33,014 nt of DNA from a virus (lineage: Duplodnaviria > Caudoviricetes). Made by a program: the position numbers and the translations under genes. The notes under the pieces were generated by a model. It searched no databases, had not been told where the DNA came from, and worked only from the letters and a program-made list of their open reading frames with translations. The DNA lies in the IMG/VR virus record IMGVR_UViG_3300042935_000374, positions 1 through 33,014 of that record; one strand, written 5' to 3'. This document shows positions 1 to 7,839 of this stretch, in pieces. The first letter of the stretch is position 1. Every line of letters starts with the position of its first letter.

Positions 1-118
1 CCGTACTATTATTGTACACTTCGCCAGTAGGCTCAGTGTACCTATTTATCCTACCCCCCTCCGTAGGTTCCCCCCATCCTTGTTCCCTGCGTTCCCTAGA
101 CAAGTTGAATACAAGTTA

Positions 119-138
119 GGAACATTCCACCTAATGGC
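119..138 (+). promoter_or_regulatory. Late-gene motif GGAACA-N7-TAATGGC directly before the terS ATG
   Basis: GGAACA at 119-124, then a 14-nt spacer, then ATG at 139. The same geometry recurs at several other late genes. Confidence 0.65.
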
Positions 139-561
139 ATGGACAACATCTTAGACCCACGGCAAGAAAAGTTTTTGAACTGGCTGATGGTCCCACCACC
201 AAACCGTGTGCCATCCTCACAAGAAAAATATGCCATCCTAGAAGGCGTGGACGAAACCACTTTACGCCGTTGGAAAAAGAAACCAGCGTTCAAAATGGAA
301 TGGGAAAAACGAGTATCCGAACTCCAACAATCCCCAGAACGAACCCAAAAACTATTGGATAATCTTTATGAGCGTGCCTTGGCTGGCGACAACAACTCAG
401 CCAAACTGTATTTGCAAGCCACCAACCGCTTAGCCCCAACGCAAGTCCATGTAGAACACTCCAGCAAACCCTCAGAAATCTCTGATGCCGAACTAGACAG
501 CCTCATAGCGTCAGTCGCTCAATCTGAGGTTGAGTCCCGTAAGGAACTAAAAACACAATAG
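139..561 (+). CDS. terS: Terminase small subunit (HTH, phBC6A51-like)
   Basis: HTH-like segment SQEKYAILEGVDETTLRRWKKKPAF, and LYERALAGDNNSAKLYLQ typical of TerS-like proteins. It is the first gene of the late arm. Confidence 0.7.
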   Translation: MDNILDPRQEKFLNWLMVPPPNRVPSSQEKYAILEGVDETTLRRWKKKPAFKMEWEKRVSELQQSPERTQKLLDNLYERALAGDNNSAKLYLQATNRLAPTQVHVEHSSKPSEISDAELDSLIASVAQSEVESRKELKTQ

Positions 562-701
562 TGGGTTCAACGATAGAATGTCCGACTTGTGGGTGTGAGT
601 ATCCTCCTGTTGCGACCAGATGGCGTTGCCCTGAGTGTGGCTTTAAGGATTCATGCTGTGAGGGTGAACCTAGGAAGATGAGAGATTATGACAACAACTA
701 A
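561..701 (+). CDS. 46-aa Cys-rich zinc-ribbon microprotein (not in ORF track)
   Basis: GTG overlaps the terS TAG. Translation MGSTIECPTCGCEYPPVATRWRCPECGFKDSCCEGEPRKMRDYDNN has two CPxCG knuckles. It fills the gap and overlaps the next start. Confidence 0.7.
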   Translation: MGSTIECPTCGCEYPPVATRWRCPECGFKDSCCEGEPRKMRDYDNN

Positions 702-999
702 TGATGCGATGTTTGAGGCTCTTTCAAAGTCGTATCCGTCAGCAGGGCAAACCCTTGGTGACTTGTTGTACGCTTTCTGGTCTGACAAAGGTTTGCAGTA
801 TCGGGGGACCCTTCAAACCCAGTTTTTTGTTTCGGAGGGTACAACTGGAACAACTCTAGGAGATTTAACAAACAACTATTTTGTTGATGTTTACGATTTT
901 GTGACATTTGATGTCGGTGACGCTGACGAATGGTTGGAATTACGGGTTTTTGACCGTTACGATACGGTTGAACAAGAATTATTTACTTTAATTTGGTAA
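688..999 (+). CDS. Hypothetical protein, possibly virion-associated
   Basis: 103-aa ORF in the operon, with an internal repeat TLGDL..F occurring twice. Confidence 0.6.
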   Translation: MTTTNDAMFEALSKSYPSAGQTLGDLLYAFWSDKGLQYRGTLQTQFFVSEGTTGTTLGDLTNNYFVDVYDFVTFDVGDADEWLELRVFDRYDTVEQELFTLIW

Positions 1000-1000
1000 A

Positions 1001-1020
1001 GGAACAAAAGGAATACTATT
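1001..1020 (+). promoter_or_regulatory. Late-gene motif GGAACA-N7-TACTATT before ATG 1021
   Basis: GGAACA at 1001-1006, 14-nt spacer, ATG at 1021. Confidence 0.65.
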
Positions 1021-1395
1021 ATGGCAACAACATTTAGCAAAATACCTCTAAGCGGCACAGGCAACGGTCTTGGACTTCTGATTAACTCAGGTTCGTCTGG
1101 TGTGGCAGGTCCAACAATTCACACTGGCTCATCCAGCACATCAGTTATTGATGAAGTTTGGTTGTATGCAGTAAACTATGATACCACTGACCGCAAACTC
1201 ACCATTCAATATGGTGGTGTAACTGCTGGAACAAACGAAATTGAATACACAGTTAAGGCTGAAAACGGTTTGTACCTTATTGTTGCTGGTTTGTTGCTTT
1301 CGGGTAACGCTACACCTAAGTTGATTACGGCTTATGCCGCAACCAACACCAGTATCGTTGTTTATGGGTATGTTAACCGTATAACAACAGTTTAA
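1021..1395 (+). CDS. Small beta-rich virion/tail-associated protein
   Basis: G/T/S-rich with a beta-strand pattern (DEVWLYAVN, IVVYGYVNRIT). It lies next to the Gly-rich gene. Confidence 0.55.
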   Translation: MATTFSKIPLSGTGNGLGLLINSGSSGVAGPTIHTGSSSTSVIDEVWLYAVNYDTTDRKLTIQYGGVTAGTNEIEYTVKAENGLYLIVAGLLLSGNATPKLITAYAATNTSIVVYGYVNRITTV

Positions 1396-1406
1396 GGTCA
1401 TCGTAG

Positions 1407-2366
1407 ATGCCTTCCTTTGTTAGAAACACATCAGGTGGTAAAGCCATAAGCGGTGGAGCGTTGTCTCCACGCAATCGCCGTGGTAACACCAATCAAGTAG
1501 CGTCTTATTGGTCTGGTGGTGCATTAAATCCAACAGAACTTGAATATCTTGTTATTGCTGGAGGCGGTACAGGTGGTGGTGCGCTTGCTGGTGGTGGCGG
1601 TGGTGCAGGTGGATATCGTTCATCTGTTGTTGGTGCATCATCTGGTGGTGGTGCTTCCGCTGAAGCAAAACTGTCAGTGTCTGGTGGAACTTCATACACC
1701 GTAACAGTCGGTGGTGGCGGAAGTGATTCTGTTTTGGGTTCAATAACTTCAACTAAGGGTGGTAACTCGGTTGGAGAATTTGCTGGTGTAGCACCATCAG
1801 TTGGTGGTTCAGGTGGTGGTGGTTGTGGTGGTGAATGGTTTGGAACCAATCCTGGTCGTCCTGGTGCAGCAGGCACAGCGAACCAAGGTTATGCTGGAGC
1901 AAATGGATATGTTCAAACTGGTGACGCTGGTGTGGGCGGCGGCGGTGGTGGTGCTGGTGGTGCGGGTTCTGGTAAAACAGGCGGTGCTGGTGTTTCGTCA
2001 AGCATTACGGGTTCCGCAGTCTTGCGTGGTGGTGGAGGCGGAGGTGGAGCCGACTATCGTGCTGGACAAAATGGTGGTTCTGGTGGTTCAGGTGGTGGTG
2101 GAAATGGTAGTCGTGGAACAAACGATGGTGGTTCTGGACAAACCTACGGAACTGATGGTTCTGTTAATACTGGTGGTGGTGGTGGCGGTTATGGTTATTG
2201 GGGTACTAACGCACAATCTGGTGGTTCTGGTGTAGTTATTATTCGTTATCCTGATAGTTTTGACAATCTAAGTTCTATTGCTGCTGGTTTGACATACACA
2301 CTTACAACTACTGGTGGATTTAAGATTTATCAATTCACTGCTGGCACGGGATTGATTACAATATAA
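1407..2366 (+). CDS. Glycine-rich domain protein (tail fibre / receptor-binding-like)
   Basis: Motifs EYLVIAGGG..GGGGGAGG, NTGGGGGG, GGSGVVIIRY and IYQFT are characteristic of Gly-rich phage tail-associated domains. Confidence 0.75.
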   Translation: MPSFVRNTSGGKAISGGALSPRNRRGNTNQVASYWSGGALNPTELEYLVIAGGGTGGGALAGGGGGAGGYRSSVVGASSGGGASAEAKLSVSGGTSYTVTVGGGGSDSVLGSITSTKGGNSVGEFAGVAPSVGGSGGGGCGGEWFGTNPGRPGAAGTANQGYAGANGYVQTGDAGVGGGGGGAGGAGSGKTGGAGVSSSITGSAVLRGGGGGGGADYRAGQNGGSGGSGGGGNGSRGTNDGGSGQTYGTDGSVNTGGGGGGYGYWGTNAQSGGSGVVIIRYPDSFDNLSSIAAGLTYTLTTTGGFKIYQFTAGTGLITI

Positions 2367-2710
2367 TGGCACACTACGCATTTCTTGACTCAAATAATGT
2401 TGTTACTGAAGTAATAACTGGTAAAGATGAAACCGAAGTACTTGATGGTTTAACCCCTGAAGAATGGTATGGAAACTTCCGTGGGCAGCGTTGTGTTCGC
2501 ACTAGTTATAACAATAACATTCGTAAACAATATGCTGTTATTGGTGGATTTTACAATGAAGAAGCAGATGTGTTTGTTCGCCCACAGCCTTATCCATCTT
2601 GGTCTTTAGATGGCAATTATGATTGGCAACCACCAACTCCAAAACCAGATGGTTATTTTTACTGGGATGAAAGTTCGTTGTCATGGCTTACAGTCCCAGA
2701 CGCTGGATAA
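2366..2710 (+). CDS. Small protein accompanying the Gly-rich gene (tail fibre assembly-like)
   Basis: TAATG coupling to the upstream gene. Motifs MAHYAFLD..TSYNNNIRKQYA..PQPYPSW..W.PP.PKP..Y.WDE. Confidence 0.6.
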   Translation: MAHYAFLDSNNVVTEVITGKDETEVLDGLTPEEWYGNFRGQRCVRTSYNNNIRKQYAVIGGFYNEEADVFVRPQPYPSWSLDGNYDWQPPTPKPDGYFYWDESSLSWLTVPDAG

Positions 2711-4068
2711 TCTTTGTTCCAGTAGCCATACTGGCGTTATGGTCAACAGTTGCTAAAGCGGATGCTTTGGGTGACTGGACTTTCAGCCAGTCACAAAACT
2801 GTGGTGGTTCAATAGAAGTAATTGATAACACTATAACTTTATATGGTCCTGATAATGGGACACAAGAGTTTGGTATGTGCGGTGGACAACCGCATTGGGT
2901 TAAGATTGAAACCACAATACCTGAAGATGTCTTTAGCGTTTCGTTTGATTGGTCTTATCAAACTAGGGATGGTTGGATTTACGACCCACCACAATATGGT
3001 GTAAATGGTGTTTATACTTTGTTAACACAACAAAATCAGGCTTCGGGAACAAAAACAGTTACTGTTACTGCTGGTGATATATTTACCTTTAGACAATATT
3101 CAACTGATACCTGCTGTCAGGCTGGTAATCTTACTATAGGTAATCTTTCATTATGGGAATTTACAACAACATCCACGACTTTAACACTGATGACAACTAC
3201 TACTATTGTCCCCGAAACGACTGTCCTTGCCACCAGCACGACTTCTACGACAGTTCCAGAAACCTCAACATCAAGTACGAGTACAACGACCAGTACGACA
3301 TCTACTTCAACTACGACAACCACATCAACAACAACGACAACGACTGAACCACCACAGGTTCCTACACCTGTTACACAGCCTCAAATAGTTCAGCCAGAAC
3401 CCGTTGATACTTCTGTTCCTGTAGAGCCTGAAGAAACTGTGCCAGACACCACAGAGCCACCAGTAGAGGAAACCATTCCAGAGGAGATGCTTCCCGAAGA
3501 AACAACCACGACAGTTGAAGAAGAAACCACAACAACTGAACCAGAGACAATAACAACTGAAGCACCCGAAGATACTACCACAACCTTAGAGCCAAATTTG
3601 GAGCCAAATTTAGAGCCATTGGCTGAGGAAGAAGTTCAGGCTTTGGTTGCTGAAGCAACCACTATTGAGGAGTTACAAGAAATTTTTGAGGAGTTAACAC
3701 CTGAACAAGTTGAACAGGTTGTTGATGAGATTCTGTCACAAGAAGAACCTAGTCAGGAGCAGGCTGTGGCTTTAGCCACAAGCCCAGAAGTTTTGTCTGT
3801 TATTAGCGTGGACAATGCTGAGAAGGTGTTTGAGGCGTTGCAGGTTGATGAGTTGACTGTTGAGCAGGTTTCTGAATTGATTGAGGCTGTTCAATCTGCC
3901 CCTGAGGATATTCGTACACAGTTTGAAACCAGTATTGACATCTTTGCCTCGGACCTTGGTGATTATGTTCCTGTGGGGTCTAATATTCCTGTTGATACTC
4001 GTAGAACCCTTATTGCTGTTGCTGCTGGTGCAGCAATGGCTGCTGTTGGTTCTAGGAAGTTCCCGTAG
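2683..4068 (+). CDS. Secreted/membrane-anchored protein with Thr-rich linker and acidic helical region
   Basis: Signal peptide (RRWIIFVPVAILALWSTVAKA), Cys-containing beta domain, poly-Thr tract, P/E/T-rich stalk, and a hydrophobic C-terminal segment (TLIAVAAGAAMAAVG) followed by SRK. Confidence 0.7.
   Translation: MAYSPRRWIIFVPVAILALWSTVAKADALGDWTFSQSQNCGGSIEVIDNTITLYGPDNGTQEFGMCGGQPHWVKIETTIPEDVFSVSFDWSYQTRDGWIYDPPQYGVNGVYTLLTQQNQASGTKTVTVTAGDIFTFRQYSTDTCCQAGNLTIGNLSLWEFTTTSTTLTLMTTTTIVPETTVLATSTTSTTVPETSTSSTSTTTSTTSTSTTTTTSTTTTTTEPPQVPTPVTQPQIVQPEPVDTSVPVEPEETVPDTTEPPVEETIPEEMLPEETTTTVEEETTTTEPETITTEAPEDTTTTLEPNLEPNLEPLAEEEVQALVAEATTIEELQEIFEELTPEQVEQVVDEILSQEEPSQEQAVALATSPEVLSVISVDNAEKVFEALQVDELTVEQVSELIEAVQSAPEDIRTQFETSIDIFASDLGDYVPVGSNIPVDTRRTLIAVAAGAAMAAVGSRKFP
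3586..3618 (+). repeat. 12-bp tandem repeat (about 2.75 copies) encoding LEPNLEPNLEP
   Basis: ttagagccaaat ttggagccaaat ttagagcca. Confidence 0.8.
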
Positions 4069-4086
4069 AACAATTAGCCTATTAGG
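4067..4086 (+). promoter_or_regulatory. Late-gene motif variant AGAACA-N7-TATTAGG before GTG 4087
   Basis: 14-nt spacer to a GTG that opens an unannotated membrane ORF. Confidence 0.55.
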
Positions 4087-4254
4087 GTGAAAAGGTTTTT
4101 TTCTGAGATTCATGGTCTTACTTGGACTTTGGCTGGAACAGGCATGGTTTTAATTACCTTGTCTGGCAATACCCGTTCTTTGGGTTGGCAAATTACCTTA
4201 GTAGCATTAACTGTACACCTTGTTGGTGTATTTATTAAGGAGAAAAATGAATAA
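4087..4254 (+). CDS. 55-aa two-TM membrane protein (not in ORF track)
   Basis: MKRFFSEIHGLTWTLAGTGMVLITLSGNTRSLGWQITLVALTVHLVGVFIKEKNE has two hydrophobic segments. Its end overlaps the holin start. Confidence 0.7.
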   Translation: MKRFFSEIHGLTWTLAGTGMVLITLSGNTRSLGWQITLVALTVHLVGVFIKEKNE

Positions 4255-4519
4255 GGCAAAAGACATTGCGGCAAGAATTGTTGCACTTTTTCTCACCAAC
4301 GCCCTTGGCGTGGTGACTGGTGCTGCTGTTATTGCTCCAGACCTAGAAGTATGGAAGTCGGCTCTTATCGCTGGCGCAGTATCCATTTTCAAGGTTGCGG
4401 AAGGTCTTGCAAAGGCAAGCATTGATGGTGTCCTGACAAGGGATGAAATTGATGCTGCGTTTGGTGCAAGCCCTAAGAAGATTGCAGCAAAGAAAGTTTC
4501 TAAGGCTGTAGCAAAGTAA
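4247..4519 (+). CDS. Putative holin
   Basis: AAGGAG SD before ATG 4247, two hydrophobic helices, basic C-terminal tail, and directly upstream of the endolysin. Confidence 0.65.
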   Translation: MNKAKDIAARIVALFLTNALGVVTGAAVIAPDLEVWKSALIAGAVSIFKVAEGLAKASIDGVLTRDEIDAAFGASPKKIAAKKVSKAVAK

Positions 4520-5064
4520 TGAAATTGTTTATCACCCCCGTTAAATCTTGCCAGCATCTAAAAGGTAAAAAACCGTCTGAGGTTCTCCCTAGCATGCTTC
4601 GTAAGGTTTCGGGTGGTGGTAAATTAGAGTTGTGTGCGGCTGATGCGTGGGAAGCGATGGTTGCTGCTGCTAAGGTTGATAACATAAAGTTATCTCCCAG
4701 TAGCGCAGGTGACATGTTCCGCAGTATTGCACAGCAGACCGCAGGTTTTGTTCAAAGATATCAGAAGGAACCTATTGAGGGTGCGGTGACACGCACTTGG
4801 AATGGTGTTAAATGGTATCTTAAAAAAGGTTTTGCACCTTTAGCGGCTCCTAATGATGACCCAAAGAATTGTTCTAAACATATGTTGGGTATTGCGGTGG
4901 ATGTCGCTGGTGCTAATGGTAAGATTTTGGAATGGATGTTTAATAACATTGCTAAGTTTGGTTTTAGTTGGGAAGTAGTTCCCGCCGAACCTTGGCATAT
5001 TCGTTATGTTGCAGGTGATGCTACACCTGAAGCCGTTGTGGCTTGGAAGGAATCTAGCAAGTAA
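4519..5064 (+). CDS. Endolysin, peptidase M15 (VanY/M15B-like) zinc peptidase
   Basis: SxHxxGxAxD (SKHMLGIAVD), ExWH (EPWH) and the conserved Arg in FRS..QQ. Confidence 0.85.
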   Translation: MKLFITPVKSCQHLKGKKPSEVLPSMLRKVSGGGKLELCAADAWEAMVAAAKVDNIKLSPSSAGDMFRSIAQQTAGFVQRYQKEPIEGAVTRTWNGVKWYLKKGFAPLAAPNDDPKNCSKHMLGIAVDVAGANGKILEWMFNNIAKFGFSWEVVPAEPWHIRYVAGDATPEAVVAWKESSK

Positions 5065-5073
5065 TATCCCCGA

Positions 5074-5091
5074 TGTGCAATTGTTTGCACA
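5074..5091. promoter_or_regulatory. Perfect inverted repeat TGTGCAA-N4-TTGCACA, operator-like
   Basis: 7-bp arms in the intergenic gap, 11 nt before ATG 5103. Confidence 0.35.
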
Positions 5092-5102
5092 GATAGGAAA
5101 TT

Positions 5103-5534
5103 ATGAGGAAATTTTTTGTTATCTCATTAATTATTGGCATGTTTTTTTCACCGACCAGTGTTTCTGCAAAGAAACCACTGAACCTCAGGTGTCCAGAAAT
5201 GGAGGGCATTACTCGCATTATTGCAGATAGCGATAAAATGATTCTTCAAGTGGACTATATTATGTGGCGTGAATCAAGATGCGAACCTAAGAACATTAAC
5301 CGTGCCGACCCTAATGGTGGTTCAGTTGGGTTGTTTCAAATCAACAAGTTTTGGTGTAAACCAAACAGATACACCAAACAGGGTTTCCTTCAGGATGCTG
5401 GTGTGTTAAGCAAATGCCATCAACTTTATAATCCTGTTGTCTCTGCTAAAGCCTTTATGGCTATTTATGATTATGCTCATAATCGTTATGGTGATGGTTT
5501 CGGTCCATGGGGTGGTGAACCTAAGTGGATTTAA
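5103..5534 (+). CDS. Secreted lysozyme-like / SLT transglycosylase domain protein
   Basis: Signal peptide, catalytic Glu motif IMWRESRC, GLFQIN, L.NP, and C-terminal GFGPW. Confidence 0.8.
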   Translation: MRKFFVISLIIGMFFSPTSVSAKKPLNLRCPEMEGITRIIADSDKMILQVDYIMWRESRCEPKNINRADPNGGSVGLFQINKFWCKPNRYTKQGFLQDAGVLSKCHQLYNPVVSAKAFMAIYDYAHNRYGDGFGPWGGEPKWI

Positions 5535-7123
5535 ACGCACTCATAAATGAAAAAGAGTGGAGGAAATGTCGTGGTCCTGAGAAAGCAACACTTGAAGAAC
5601 AACTTCAGGCTTTCACATATTTTTGTGAAACTTTTTGGTGTATTAAACATCCTGAGAAGGGTCGTATAAAGTTTAATTTGCGTGACTCGCAAATTGACAC
5701 AGTTAAAACTTGGATGTCAGAGCGTTACACAATTGTGTTGAAAGCCCGTCAGATTGGGTTCTCTACTTTGGCTGCCGCATACGCTTTCTGGTTGGTGTTC
5801 TTTGCTCCTGACCGTTTTGTTGTTATGTTATCCCGTACCGAGCGTGAATCTGTAAAGTTGCTTGCCAAGAGCAAGTATGGTTACCGTTTTATTCCACAGT
5901 GGATGAAAGAGCGTGGACCTAGGCAAACCACTGACCATCAACTTAAAATGATGTTTGATAACGAGTCTGCTATTGAGTCGCTACCATCGGGCAGCGACCC
6001 TGCTCGTGGTGAGTCGGTGTATTTGGTTATTGTGGACGAGTGGGCGTTTTTGCCTAACCCTGAAGAAGCGTGGGCTTCTATTGAACCTATTACCGATGTC
6101 GGTGGTCGTGTTGTTGGTTTGTCCACTGCTAATGGTTCGGGAAACTTTTTTCATCAACTGTGGGTTGGTTCGCAAACAGGGTCTAACAAGTTTAAAGGAA
6201 TTTTTTATCCTTGGGATGCTGATGGTGAGCGTAACGAAGATTGGTATGAGGCTAAAAGCCGTAACATGCAATCTTGGCAGATGCACCAAGAGTATCCACG
6301 CTTCCCTGAGGAAGCGTTCATCAAATCAGGTAACCCTGTTTTTGATATTGACATGCTGAACAGCATGGAACCAGAGGATGGTCATGTTGGTTACTATCAT
6401 TTATATTCTGATGGTAATGGTGAGTTCCGTTTTCAAGAAAACGGTGAACTGGAAGTTTGGTCCCATCCTGAGACTGGTGGAACATATGTGATTGGAGCCG
6501 ATGTCGCTGAAGGACTTAGTTATGGTGACTACAGTTCCGCCCATGTGGTTGACGCAGCCACAGGTCTTGTGGTTGCCCATTGGCATGGACACATTGAGCC
6601 TGACTTGTTTGGTGAACTGTTGGCTGAAATTGGTTGGTGGTATAACACAGCGTTGTTGGGTATTGAAAGCAACAACCACGGTCTGACAACCTTAAAGGCT
6701 GCACAGAAGCATGGTTATAAGAATCTTTATAAACAACGCCGCCTTAATGCTGTCCGTGCTGACCCTAGTGATGTGTTGGGTTGGCGAACCACATCCTCTA
6801 GTAAGCCGTTGGCTATTGACGAACTTAGTGCCGCTATCCGTGATGAGGGTGTAATCATATTGTGTGCTAAGACTTTGGGCGAGTTGCGAACATTTGTTCG
6901 CAAGGAGAATGGTCGTATGTCTGGTAGCCCACATGACGACAGAATTATAAGTTTGGCTATCGCTAACCAGATGTTGAAGTATGTGTGGTTGCCCGAATAT
7001 CGTGGTGATGTTTCTTTGCCAAAAAATAGTTTAATGTGGTGGGAGCAACACCTTTTTAGTGGGCAAGGTGAGAATCGGATGTTTCTTGGTTCCCATAATG
7101 TGAGAAAACGAACACCTTTTTAA
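5525..7123 (+). CDS. terL: Terminase large subunit
   Basis: Walker A-like LKARQIGFST, Walker B LVIVDE, motif III STANG, nuclease YVIGADVAEG..D.S, and HDDRIISLAIA. Confidence 0.95.
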   Translation: MDLNALINEKEWRKCRGPEKATLEEQLQAFTYFCETFWCIKHPEKGRIKFNLRDSQIDTVKTWMSERYTIVLKARQIGFSTLAAAYAFWLVFFAPDRFVVMLSRTERESVKLLAKSKYGYRFIPQWMKERGPRQTTDHQLKMMFDNESAIESLPSGSDPARGESVYLVIVDEWAFLPNPEEAWASIEPITDVGGRVVGLSTANGSGNFFHQLWVGSQTGSNKFKGIFYPWDADGERNEDWYEAKSRNMQSWQMHQEYPRFPEEAFIKSGNPVFDIDMLNSMEPEDGHVGYYHLYSDGNGEFRFQENGELEVWSHPETGGTYVIGADVAEGLSYGDYSSAHVVDAATGLVVAHWHGHIEPDLFGELLAEIGWWYNTALLGIESNNHGLTTLKAAQKHGYKNLYKQRRLNAVRADPSDVLGWRTTSSSKPLAIDELSAAIRDEGVIILCAKTLGELRTFVRKENGRMSGSPHDDRIISLAIANQMLKYVWLPEYRGDVSLPKNSLMWWEQHLFSGQGENRMFLGSHNVRKRTPF

Positions 7124-7128
7124 CCTTA

Positions 7129-7148
7129 GGAACAGATTCAGTACTATT
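7129..7148 (+). promoter_or_regulatory. Late-gene motif GGAACA-N7-TACTATT before ATG 7149
   Basis: GGAACA at 7129-7134, 14-nt spacer, ATG at 7149. No SD is visible. Confidence 0.65.
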
Positions 7149-7370
7149 ATGATGTTCAAATGCACAAATTGTGACAAAACTTTTGCCTCAGACGAACTTC
7201 CCCGCAGGGGCGAGGTTTGTTTTGCATGTCATATTAAAACCGTCAGATTGGGATTCACTTATGGTAAAGAAGATTTTCATGGTCCTACTGTCGCTGAGCG
7301 TCAGCGTCAAACTGTGGAACAGGCTAAAATCAACGGGTACAACGCCGAGCCAGTTACGAACTGGATGTAA
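7149..7370 (+). CDS. Small zinc-ribbon protein
   Basis: CTNC..CFAC; located between terL and the portal. Confidence 0.65.
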   Translation: MMFKCTNCDKTFASDELPRRGEVCFACHIKTVRLGFTYGKEDFHGPTVAERQRQTVEQAKINGYNAEPVTNWM

Positions 7371-7376
7371 TGAATC

Positions 7377-7583
7377 ATGCTTTCATCCGTATGGGTCCCA
7401 ATCATCGTTGCCGTCATCATGGGACCAGTCGTGGTGGTCTTACAAAAACTTCGTAAAGAAAACACCGACCAACACGCACAAGGGCAAGTCCTTCTTCGGG
7501 TTATCGGGTCTAAGGTTGACAAAATAGGTAGCAAACTGGATAACCATATTGGTTGGCATGAAGGACAAAAAAATGGCGAGTAA
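7377..7583 (+). CDS. Single-TM protein with coiled coil (resembles actinophage DUF2746-like membrane proteins)
   Basis: N-terminal hydrophobic helix, then LRKENTDQH..VDKIGSKLDNHIGWH. Confidence 0.6.
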   Translation: MLSSVWVPIIVAVIMGPVVVVLQKLRKENTDQHAQGQVLLRVIGSKVDKIGSKLDNHIGWHEGQKNGE

Positions 7584-7839
7584 AAAACGAGGAATAGATG
7601 ACATCATCAAACCTATTAAAGGTGAGTTGCGTCTATATGTAAACAAATCTTTGAAATCCGCATATAAGGCTGGTAACACAAAGAAGGCTAGAGATAATGC
7701 TGTTTGGTGGGCTAAAGATGCTTACAAGGCTCATTATGGAACTACAAAAGGTTTTAGTCAGGCGTTTGAAAAGGCTGAGCGTGAACTCGCTGCCAAGCGT
7801 GTTGCCTCAAAGGCTAAGAATGTTAGAAGGACAAAATAA
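7573..7839 (+). CDS. Small basic protein with N-terminal KKRGIDDI motif
   Basis: The ATG at 7573 follows AAGGA. Lys/Arg-rich, with TAATG coupling to the portal. Confidence 0.7.
   Translation: MASKKRGIDDIIKPIKGELRLYVNKSLKSAYKAGNTKKARDNAVWWAKDAYKAHYGTTKGFSQAFEKAERELAAKRVASKAKNVRRTK

Noticed and set aside
543-560. GGAACT before GTG 561 as another late motif
   Set aside because: The hexamer is mismatched and the spacing is 12 nt; the stop/start overlap with terS already explains this start.
1505-2235. Pro-rich, His-rich and Val-rich ORFs in alternative frames
   Set aside because: These are shadow frames of the GGT-rich glycine gene.
3117-3581. Val-rich and other short ORFs in alternative frames
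   Set aside because: These are shadows of the Thr/Glu low-complexity tract.
5074-5091. Palindrome as a CRP-family site
   Set aside because: The half-sites and spacing (TGTGC-N8-GCACA) differ from TGTGA-N6-TCACA, so it is kept only as an unassigned inverted repeat.
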